64,000 nt of DNA, from positions 62,001 to 126,000 of IMG/VR virus record IMGVR_UViG_3300046787_000408; one strand, given 5' to 3'. This document shows, piece after piece, positions 56,909 to 64,000 of this stretch. The notes under the pieces were generated by a model that made no database searches, was not told the origin of the DNA, and worked only from the letters and a program-made list of their open reading frames with translations. Numbering within the stretch: position 1 is the stretch's first letter; the number at the start of each line of letters is the position of its first letter. A program made the translations under genes and the position numbers.

Positions 56909-58824
56909 AACTATTACAAACTCTATTAGAAGGCGGTAATGTCTTTAAAGACAAACAAGGACAGCCATTAACACAGCGCATCAATCAAGCAGATGTGCCT
57001 GCTACCATTGCCTATCTTGAAAACATTCTAGGCATGGAATTCCCCCAAGAACGTTGGTTGGGATCCACAGGTCGCAAGCCCACATCTGGAGACTTGGATT
57101 TAGCTGTGGATCTTGGCGAAATCAACAAAGATCAACTTGCTGCCAAGCTCACACAGTTTGTGCAAAGTCAAAAACAAGACCCACGTGAGTGGGTTAAAAA
57201 AGCCGGCGAAGTGCATTTCCGCACTCCCATTGCTGGAGATCCCAACAAAGGCTACGTACAAACAGACTTTATGTTTTTCCCTAACTTGGACTGGGGCACA
57301 TTCTTCTACGGTGGCGCAGAGGGATCCAACTACAAAGGCATGAATCGCAATGTGCTGATGTCAAGCATTGCCAAAGCACTGGGACTCAAAGTGGGTGCCA
57401 ATGGCATGTTTAGCCGTGCCACAAATGAATTGGTTCGAGGCGGTCAAGATCCCAACTATGTGGCCAACGTTTTGCTGGGACCTGCATTCTCCCGAGAAAA
57501 TCTAAAAAATGTTGAAAGCATTTACAAAGCACTCAGCAATGATCCTGATCGAGAAATCAAACTAAAAGACTTCCGTGAATATCTAGCACGTGAAGGCCTA
57601 CAAGAGCCACAACAGTCCATGGCCGAAGATGGCGTGGGCTTTTTGGGACGACTTCGCGATCGCATTGTAAATCAAGGCATGATGCCCTTGGTAGAAGCGT
57701 CTAACCCTTATGAATTGTACGAAGCAGAAGCAGCCGGTGTAGGCGGCAGAGCCAAGGGCATTGAACACTTGGAAGATCTAGTGTTTCGCCGTGGTACCCA
57801 GGGTATCCTAGATGCCTTGGAAATTGTGCAACACGCCACAGAAAAACCCAGTACAACCACTGCTAAATGGGACGGCAAACCTGCTGTGATATTTGGTCGT
57901 AAGCCTAGTACAGGTGAGTTTGTGCTTACAGACGGATCAGGGTTCGAAGCCAAGGGCTACGATGGTCTAGCTACCAGTCCCAGAATGATGGCAGACATAC
58001 AAAGTCGACGTTCGGGCGACAGAACAGAACTGATTCAATTGTATGCTACTCTGTTCCCGGTACTGGAGGCTGCACTGCCCTCCAACTTCCGTGGCTATGT
58101 CAAAGGTGACTTGTTGTACATGTCAACACCTCCTGAGATTGCAGGAAACTATGTGTTCCGTCCCAATACTGTTGAGTACAAAATTCCAGCACGAAGTTCC
58201 TTGGGGCAACGCATTGGCAACAGCAACATTGGCATTGCTATTCACAGCATGTATGCAGATGTTGGCGATGCACGTCAGCCCTTGAGCGGCGTAAAGTTCA
58301 ATGATGTTCCAGGCTTGATGTTAGAGCGTCCTGCTACACCGCGACAACTCACTACAGAACCTGCCAAGGTCAAGCAACTCAAACAACTGGTACGTAGCAG
58401 TGGTTCGGCAATCAACACACTGTTCAACCCTGTGGAATTGCGTGCTAACAAGATCACTGACTTGGCCAAACTGTGCGTGGACTATATCAACACCAAGGTA
58501 GGAACTCCACTCAACCCACAAACACTATTGCCTGAGTTTGGGGAATGGCTCAAGACCAAGGTAACACCGCAAAAGTTCCGTAACATTGTGGAATACCTGC
58601 AGAGCCCTACGTCAAATACACAGGCCATGGCTGCTGCATTTACAGCGTTCTTGTTGTTGCATGACATCAAGATGGATATCTTGCGACAAGCTGATCTTGA
58701 GCATCCTGGACAAGAAGGTTGGGTAATGGCTACCCCTGCAGGCTATGCCAAGGCAGTAAATCGCTTTGACCCCAATGCATTTGCTGCTCAAAATAGAATG
58801 CAAAATAATCCTCAAACCCGGTGA
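56905..58824 (+). CDS. Pol-beta-superfamily nucleotidyltransferase fused to an RNA/DNA-ligase-like domain
   Basis: N-half LGSTG....SGDLDLAV and VQTDF. C-half EHLEDL, KWDGKP, VKGDLLY, QEGWV, KAVNR. Confidence 0.75.
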   Translation: MKLLQTLLEGGNVFKDKQGQPLTQRINQADVPATIAYLENILGMEFPQERWLGSTGRKPTSGDLDLAVDLGEINKDQLAAKLTQFVQSQKQDPREWVKKAGEVHFRTPIAGDPNKGYVQTDFMFFPNLDWGTFFYGGAEGSNYKGMNRNVLMSSIAKALGLKVGANGMFSRATNELVRGGQDPNYVANVLLGPAFSRENLKNVESIYKALSNDPDREIKLKDFREYLAREGLQEPQQSMAEDGVGFLGRLRDRIVNQGMMPLVEASNPYELYEAEAAGVGGRAKGIEHLEDLVFRRGTQGILDALEIVQHATEKPSTTTAKWDGKPAVIFGRKPSTGEFVLTDGSGFEAKGYDGLATSPRMMADIQSRRSGDRTELIQLYATLFPVLEAALPSNFRGYVKGDLLYMSTPPEIAGNYVFRPNTVEYKIPARSSLGQRIGNSNIGIAIHSMYADVGDARQPLSGVKFNDVPGLMLERPATPRQLTTEPAKVKQLKQLVRSSGSAINTLFNPVELRANKITDLAKLCVDYINTKVGTPLNPQTLLPEFGEWLKTKVTPQKFRNIVEYLQSPTSNTQAMAAAFTAFLLLHDIKMDILRQADLEHPGQEGWVMATPAGYAKAVNRFDPNAFAAQNRMQNNPQTR

Positions 58825-58885
58825 TTTTTGTCACTTGTATAAATAAGTGTAGGGCTAAAGCCCACAAACTTAAAGGAAAACAATC

Positions 58886-59272
58886 ATGGCATATCTAACC
58901 CCAGTTAACGGTGACGCACAACCGGTATTTAACATTGACGTTCGTAACGGACCAGTTGCAGCTTCTGCATCTACCGCAGCTACTCCAGTAAACTTTACTG
59001 GTCCTAAGCTGGACTTCTTCCGCGCTGTGGCCAACACTACTGTTGTGACACAACAAGGTGTGAACGAGTACGTGGCAAACGTTATTCAAGCTGTACAACA
59101 AACCAGCACAGTAGCAATGTATCAAGTTGACGGTACAGTGTTGAGCTTCGCAGTGTTCCCAACAGGCGCATTTGCTGACGCTGCTGCTTTCTTGGCTGCT
59201 GCCAACGTTACCTACACAGGTTACCAGTTGGACAGCGCAACCAGCATTGGTTTCAAACTAGCAGCTTCCTAA
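58886..59272 (+). CDS. Small structural protein with its own promoter and terminator
   Basis: ATAAATA at about 58840 and AAGGA RBS. A/V/T-rich. Terminator follows. Confidence 0.65.
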   Translation: MAYLTPVNGDAQPVFNIDVRNGPVAASASTAATPVNFTGPKLDFFRAVANTTVVTQQGVNEYVANVIQAVQQTSTVAMYQVDGTVLSFAVFPTGAFADAAAFLAAANVTYTGYQLDSATSIGFKLAAS

Positions 59273-59293
59273 TCAATAACTGATTAACAGAAC

Positions 59294-59324
59294 AGCCCAG
59301 GGTAGAAATATCCTGGGCTTTTTG
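59294..59324 (+). terminator. Rho-independent terminator
   Basis: AGCCCAGG-loop-CCTGGGCT-TTTT. Confidence 0.8.
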
Positions 59325-59346
59325 TTGGCCGTTAAATACTGGTAGA

Positions 59347-59781
59347 ATGAAAATATTGTGTAGAACTTTTTTTGATTGCAGTGCCACCGGTATTACAGGG
59401 CATTTTAGGCCCAGCCAGGTGCCCTTTAGTGATCACAGCGGCCGCGAAATTCAAGATCAACGATCTTGGAATTATGCACGAAATCAACAACGCAACTGGG
59501 AAACTCTAACTCAATTGATCAGTTTGAGAACACAACCTTTGTCAGTAACTAGCTTGGGGCAAGATCGCGGCATCTGGAGTTTTGAATTTGAAGTAGAATC
59601 CAGCTTGGTATACAGTACATCCGGACAAGCGGATGATATTTCAGGGTTGGTTAATGAGTGTGCTGGCGTTCCCATGATAACTGGCCTAACTGAGTCCCTA
59701 ACTCAAGAAACTGTATTGATCACCACAGGACCTGATCAGAACATTTGGTTTACTCCCATAAATACATCACTGGAGATTTAA
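59347..59781 (+). CDS. Hypothetical protein
   Basis: ORF 8 nt after TAAATA. Confidence 0.65.
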   Translation: MKILCRTFFDCSATGITGHFRPSQVPFSDHSGREIQDQRSWNYARNQQRNWETLTQLISLRTQPLSVTSLGQDRGIWSFEFEVESSLVYSTSGQADDISGLVNECAGVPMITGLTESLTQETVLITTGPDQNIWFTPINTSLEI

Positions 59782-59782
59782 C

Positions 59783-60046
59783 ATGGTCGACACGACTGAC
59801 ATTGAAAAAAAGAGTTTGGAAGCCCACGTTGAATTGTGTGCTGAACGTTACAAGATGCTGGAACTCAAGCTGGAGTCTGTTGACGGCAAAATTGCAGAAG
59901 TGCATGCAGATGTTGCCACTATTGCAAGCACAGTAAACAAAATGGCTGAAAAACGCAACGATCAACTGATTGCTTGGGGCGTTGGTATAATTGGTGCGTT
60001 GACATCCACAGTGGTATGGATGTTGACACAATACGTATTCAAATGA
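59783..60046 (+). CDS. Coiled-coil protein with C-terminal transmembrane helix (holin/XhlA-like topology)
   Basis: H...C.ERY..L..., then a hydrophobic C-terminus. GGAG RBS. Confidence 0.55.
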   Translation: MVDTTDIEKKSLEAHVELCAERYKMLELKLESVDGKIAEVHADVATIASTVNKMAEKRNDQLIAWGVGIIGALTSTVVWMLTQYVFK

Positions 60047-60540
60047 TCAAACACGAGAAACTTGAACGCTTTGCCACTAAAGAAATGCAAAGTCTAGCTA
60101 CCAGGCTTATTGTGCCTGATGGCAAGGACGGCTATCATGCATTTGGCAAGTATCATGTATCTCCCAAAACTGAACATGTTACTGTTGGTATCAAGAATAG
60201 AGATCCACTAACCTTTGGAAGCAAACGCAGCGCTATCAGTTGGTGTGTAGCAGATCACCTAAATCAGCACGCTCTAGCACGTAGCATTCATTTGCTAGAC
60301 AACAAAAAACATAGCCTAGCGGCGGACATACAGTGCCGACGGGCTCTAGCCGAAAGAAGTCGCAGCCAAGACTTCTATGAATCAGTAACAACCAAGATAC
60401 AAAGCAAGGTTGAGTACTATAATGTGTTGACTCAGGAATTAGAGAAATGCATTAATTCGGCTAAATATTGGCAAATAAGAGGATTCTCCCATGAAACTGA
60501 ACGACCTGGCCGCTCCGCGTCCCACAAAACAAATCGCTAA
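60043..60540 (+). CDS. Hypothetical protein
   Basis: ATGA coupling. Start re-picked. Confidence 0.6.
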   Translation: MIKHEKLERFATKEMQSLATRLIVPDGKDGYHAFGKYHVSPKTEHVTVGIKNRDPLTFGSKRSAISWCVADHLNQHALARSIHLLDNKKHSLAADIQCRRALAERSRSQDFYESVTTKIQSKVEYYNVLTQELEKCINSAKYWQIRGFSHETERPGRSASHKTNR

Positions 60541-61435
60541 AGTATTTGAAAGTTACTTTGGTACTGGTATCAAGTTTGAAAGCCTAAGTCGCAATCAGAC
60601 TCGAAATCTGTTGAGCCGTGTGCAAGGCTTGCTCAAAGAGCACCGTAGCACATCAGCTAGACACACCAGCGAACAAAATCCCAGTTACCTCAAACTGGTT
60701 ATGATGGAACAAGCACTGACTCAGCGAGTTAAAGAAAACATGGTGCCGCCAGTGGGTCAAACTACTCCACCTGGACAACCAGCCAAGCCTGGACAACCAG
60801 CCAAGCCTGGACAACCGGCCCCTGCTGTGGCAGGCGCTGCGGCTAAAGATCCCAAGTTGGCTGCGGCACTGAAGAAAAGCCAAGCAGGCCAAACACTGAA
60901 TCCTGAAGAACAAAAGATGGTAGCTGGTGCTGCCATGATGGCGCAAGAAAGTCGTTTACGCCGTGCCTACAAGATGTTGAAAGAAAGTGAAGTTCAACAA
61001 GCTCAAGTTGTTCTTGCTGCCCAAGACATGGTAGACAAAATGCAAGGTATGTTGGAAGACGTATCTGAACTACAGTTCAAAGAACTGCCAGCCTTGGTTG
61101 ATTCAATCAAGAACCAAGTTGGTATTGACCAAGCCACTCAGTTCAACGGTGATGCTAGTGCTGCACTCAGCGGACTCATGCAAAACCTGCAAGCAGCCAA
61201 GCAACAACTGGACCAAGCCCTGGGCGTGGTAACTGGTACTGCTGCTCCAGCTGCTCCTGACGCTGCGGCAATGGGTGCTCAAGCTGGTGCTGAACTAGGC
61301 GCAGAAGCTGGTGCTGACATGGGTGCTGAACTAGGCGCAGAAGCTGGTGCTGAAGATGACCTAGCTGCTGTTGATGCTGAAGCTGAACTAGGTGCAGAGC
61401 CAGCTGGTGCTGCTCTAGGCCGCGCACGTAGATAA
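60491..61435 (+). CDS. Probable head core/scaffold-like protein with low-complexity repeats
   Basis: Coiled coils, PGQPAK x3, GAELGAEAGA repeats, LKESE site. Confidence 0.6.
   Translation: MKLNDLAAPRPTKQIAKVFESYFGTGIKFESLSRNQTRNLLSRVQGLLKEHRSTSARHTSEQNPSYLKLVMMEQALTQRVKENMVPPVGQTTPPGQPAKPGQPAKPGQPAPAVAGAAAKDPKLAAALKKSQAGQTLNPEEQKMVAGAAMMAQESRLRRAYKMLKESEVQQAQVVLAAQDMVDKMQGMLEDVSELQFKELPALVDSIKNQVGIDQATQFNGDASAALSGLMQNLQAAKQQLDQALGVVTGTAAPAAPDAAAMGAQAGAELGAEAGADMGAELGAEAGAEDDLAAVDAEAELGAEPAGAALGRARR
60770..60820 (+). repeat. 18-bp coding tandem repeat (about 2.8 copies)
   Basis: CCTGGACAACCAGCCAAG unit encoding PGQPAK. Confidence 0.9.
61286..61353 (+). repeat. 32-bp direct repeat, 36-bp period, coding
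   Basis: GGTGCTGAACTAGGCGCAGAAGCTGGTGCTGA twice, encoding GAELGAEAGA. Confidence 0.85.
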
Positions 61436-61785
61436 TGAAAATATTTGAAGTAGCCGGAGACTCATCTACACCCAGTCCTGACCAATTGTTGGGACTGGTG
61501 CAGTTTCTTGCAGGCCGCGCTGACGATACTAGCGCTCCAAAACAGATCAGTGTAGATGCGTTTGTGAACTTGGCGCAGAGCCTAGACATCAACGTAAACC
61601 GAAACAACGTTGAAGAAATTGTAGGACAACCACCACTCAGTAGTGTGTTGGAACCATTTGAACCTGACACAAACCAAATTGTGTTCAAAGGTGCCGAACA
61701 GTCTGGTCCTACCCAAATGCCCGTAAACAAAGCACAAGACATTGTGGCCGCAGCAGCCAAATCGGCGATGAAACGTAAACGATAA
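61435..61785 (+). CDS. Small hypothetical protein (MKIFEV...)
   Basis: Coupled ORF. Confidence 0.65.
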   Translation: MKIFEVAGDSSTPSPDQLLGLVQFLAGRADDTSAPKQISVDAFVNLAQSLDINVNRNNVEEIVGQPPLSSVLEPFEPDTNQIVFKGAEQSGPTQMPVNKAQDIVAAAAKSAMKRKR

Positions 61786-61789
61786 CCGG

Positions 61790-61818
61790 TTGACCTTGAC
61801 CGGCAAATAGTGTATAAT
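61790..61818 (+). promoter_or_regulatory. Sigma70-type promoter
   Basis: TTGACC-17-TATAAT ahead of the 61838-iscU-GNAT-radical SAM unit. Confidence 0.8.
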
Positions 61819-61837
61819 GCACTAAGGAGTTTTACAA

Positions 61838-62131
61838 ATGATCAAAATTATCACAGCAGTAGCACTTTTGTTTGCAACCAATGCACATGCCTGGGGCGAT
61901 CGTGAGCAAGGCGCTTTGGCAGGTATTGTGGGCACATTGATTTGGCAAAAGCTAGAACATCAAAATCACCCACCAAGGCCTCAAGTGATTCATCAGCCGG
62001 TGTATACACAGCCCACAGTGATTTATCAGTATCCACAGCCCATGCCCGAGCGTCAGTGCTATGTGGTACGTGAAACTCGCAACTACAACGGTTCCTACAC
62101 CAGAGAGATTCACTGTCATGGCCTACAGTGA
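61838..62131 (+). CDS. Small exported protein (signal peptide, glycine-zipper-like, Pro/Gln-rich)
   Basis: MIKIITAVALLFATNAHA signal, GALAGIVG segment, two Cys. AAGGAG RBS. Confidence 0.65.
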   Translation: MIKIITAVALLFATNAHAWGDREQGALAGIVGTLIWQKLEHQNHPPRPQVIHQPVYTQPTVIYQYPQPMPERQCYVVRETRNYNGSYTREIHCHGLQ

Positions 62132-62513
62132 CAAAGTAGTAGATCACTACGAAAACCCCCGCAACGTTGGTTCGTTTGACAAAAACGACTTGGACGTGGG
62201 CACTGGCATGGTAGGTGCACCTGCATGCGGTGATGTAATGAAACTGCAAATTCGAGTTCAAGATGGAATTATTACAGATGCAAGATTCAAAACCTATGGT
62301 TGCGGTAGTGCAATCGCAAGTTCCTCTCTTGTTACCGAGTGGGTTAAAGGCAAGACGTTGGACCAGGCCGCAGCTCTTAAAAATTCAGAGATTGCTGAAG
62401 AACTTGCACTGCCCCCAGTCAAAATCCATTGTAGCATCCTTGCTGAAGACGCCATCAAAGCCGCAGTAGACGACTATCGTAAACGTCATGAAAATACAAC
62501 ACAGTCACAGTGA
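62118..62513 (+). CDS. iscU: Fe-S cluster scaffold protein IscU/NifU-N
   Basis: MAYSDKVVDHYENPRNVG, GAPACGDVM, FKTYGCGSAIASSS, LPPVKIHCS.LAEDAI. All three Cys present. Confidence 0.95.
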   Translation: MAYSDKVVDHYENPRNVGSFDKNDLDVGTGMVGAPACGDVMKLQIRVQDGIITDARFKTYGCGSAIASSSLVTEWVKGKTLDQAAALKNSEIAEELALPPVKIHCSILAEDAIKAAVDDYRKRHENTTQSQ

Positions 62514-63060
62514 ACATCTAGCAGAATACGCAACTCATCTAAAGAATCTTACCGAGCAAGATAGATATACACGGTTTGGTTATGCCGCATCACCGGCTGC
62601 CATTGACTCCATGATCTTGAACATGCTGTATAATCAGAGTCAACATCATTTGTTTACGTATCGCATTGACAATCGTGTTGTGGGCTTTGGGCATTTGGCA
62701 CGTGAAGGAGCCGACTGGGAACTGGCAGTTAGTATAGATCATGAGTACCAAGGACGAGGTATTGCCAACGAACTAATGTCACACATGATTGCTTGGGGCA
62801 AGGTACACGGAGTTCATTCAGTGTTCATGCATTGTATTACAGACAATCAAAAAATACAACATCTGGCTCGCAAGCATGGATTAAAAACCATGAGTCGTGC
62901 CGGGCATGAAATAACTGCACAAGTAGAACTGCCAGATCCCACTGTGCTAGATTATACCGCAAACTTTGTAGCTGAACAACAAGAGCTAGCCCAGGGAATT
63001 GCAAAGCTACAACGCACCTGGCTCAGGAATTGGTTGAAGCCTAGTAATCATGCAGTATGA
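62488..63060 (+). CDS. GNAT acetyltransferase
   Basis: ELAVSIDHEYQGRGIA..L (motif A) and N.....L..K.G. Confidence 0.85.
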   Translation: MKIQHSHSEHLAEYATHLKNLTEQDRYTRFGYAASPAAIDSMILNMLYNQSQHHLFTYRIDNRVVGFGHLAREGADWELAVSIDHEYQGRGIANELMSHMIAWGKVHGVHSVFMHCITDNQKIQHLARKHGLKTMSRAGHEITAQVELPDPTVLDYTANFVAEQQELAQGIAKLQRTWLRNWLKPSNHAV

Positions 63061-64000
63061 AATCAATCATCTGCATCTTGAACTAAGCTCACTATGCAAT
63101 GCACGATGTCCTTTTTGTCCCAGGACTGTGCAGGGATACCCTGTAAACCAGGGATTCGTTGAGACCAATCTAAGTCTTGCTGACTTTAAAAAAACATTTG
63201 TACCTCCTCGCCTTGGACGAGTGCATCAAACCGTGATCAACGGCAACTTTGGGGACTTTGTAATGAATCCCGAAAGTATAGATATTATCAAGTATCTACG
63301 CCGCAGCCGACACAACATGGATATTCGTATTCATACCAACGGCAGTGCAAGGGATCGTGAATTCTGGCACACTCTAGGTAACATTGGAGTCACAGTACTG
63401 TTTGGTATTGACGGTCTAGAGGACACACATGCCTTGTATCGTCAAGATACCAACTTTGATAATATCATACGAAATGCTGAAACTTTTATAAGTGCAGGCG
63501 GCAATGCTATTTGGAGTATCAATCAGTTTGATCACAACCAAGCACAACTTCCTGAAATTCATGCCCTGGCTGAAAAAATAGGATTCTCAGAAGTGCAGGT
63601 TCGCCCCACTGCACGTGACAACGGACCAGTGTACAATCGTCGTGGACAAAAAGTTGCTGGTATCAAGACTGATTGGAACTGGCCTGATCAGCTGGATAAA
63701 TCTTTTATTGAAATAAAAGTTGCTCAACAAGTTGCTGCACACAAAAAAACAGTCAATATTGCATGCTGGGCAATTCAAGAACGCAGTGTGTACATGGCTG
63801 CTGACGGGCATGTGTATCCTTGTTGTTGGACTGGCCACAATCCTGCTGAGTACAGATCTCCCAACACAGTTTCTGTCTGGAACAACGAGTTGGTTAAATA
63901 TGTTAGACATAACCATGCGCCCACAGTTGGTATAGAAGCAGCATTAGATTGGTTTGACGATCTGGCTGCATCGTGGAATACGCATGACCAACCAAGAGTA
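63050..64000 (+). CDS. Radical SAM protein with C-terminal SPASM-like motif, runs off the right edge
   Basis: Hand translation MQYEINHLHLELSSLCNARCPFCPR...NGNFGD...HTNG...FGIDG...YMAADGHVYPCCW. I found no in-frame stop, and it is absent from the ORF track. Confidence 0.85.
   Translation, partial: MQYEINHLHLELSSLCNARCPFCPRTVQGYPVNQGFVETNLSLADFKKTFVPPRLGRVHQTVINGNFGDFVMNPESIDIIKYLRRSRHNMDIRIHTNGSARDREFWHTLGNIGVTVLFGIDGLEDTHALYRQDTNFDNIIRNAETFISAGGNAIWSINQFDHNQAQLPEIHALAEKIGFSEVQVRPTARDNGPVYNRRGQKVAGIKTDWNWPDQLDKSFIEIKVAQQVAAHKKTVNIACWAIQERSVYMAADGHVYPCCWTGHNPAEYRSPNTVSVWNNELVKYVRHNHAPTVGIEAALDWFDDLAASWNTHDQPRV

Noticed and set aside
60770-61353. Direct repeats as possible CRISPR or DGR elements
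   Set aside because: They are in-frame coding repeats (PGQPAK, GAELGAEAGA) with no unique spacers, and there is no cas or reverse transcriptase gene in the window.
1-64000. Stop-codon reassignment (TAG or TGA read-through), as in some large phages
   Set aside because: Core genes (terminase, sheath, helicases, UvsX) are full length under the standard code, and TGA, TAA and TAG all occur as ordinary gene ends.
1-64000. tRNA, rRNA or tmRNA genes
   Set aside because: Intergenic gaps are nearly all under 100 nt and I saw no cloverleaf with a T-loop GTTC motif. A tRNAscan-SE/Infernal run would be needed to exclude them formally.

Overview
The window is a gene-dense segment of a large T4-like (myovirus) bacteriophage genome. 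It has no rRNA, tRNA or CRISPR signal that I could see. From left to right it contains: a neck/tail-completion module (gp15-like, gp14-like, gp13-like) with a free-standing GIY-YIG homing endonuclease; nucleotide-handling enzymes; tail sheath, tail tube and gp4; a block of probable internal head proteins; large terminase; gp32-uvsX-uvsY; a 7 kb glycosyl/methyl-transferase island; an array of near-identical sigma70 promoters each driving a tiny ORF; uvsW; a 192-aa miniature DnaE-like polymerase; primase and helicase; more virion genes, including a Pol-beta nucleotidyltransferase/ligase-like fusion; and iscU, a GNAT and radical SAM genes. Two promoter classes are readable by eye: TTGACN-17-TATAAT (host sigma70 type) and TAAATA (T4 late type). 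Many copies of both lie only 4-8 nt before a start codon. The best leads are the mini-DnaE that keeps all three catalytic aspartate motifs, the NTase-ligase fusion with a capsid-targeting-like N-terminus, and a glycan/radical-SAM/2OG-oxygenase gene set under late-type promoters. All product calls come from motif recognition by eye; no database search was run. Several start codons were re-picked relative to the ORF track, and several real ORFs missing from the track were added.
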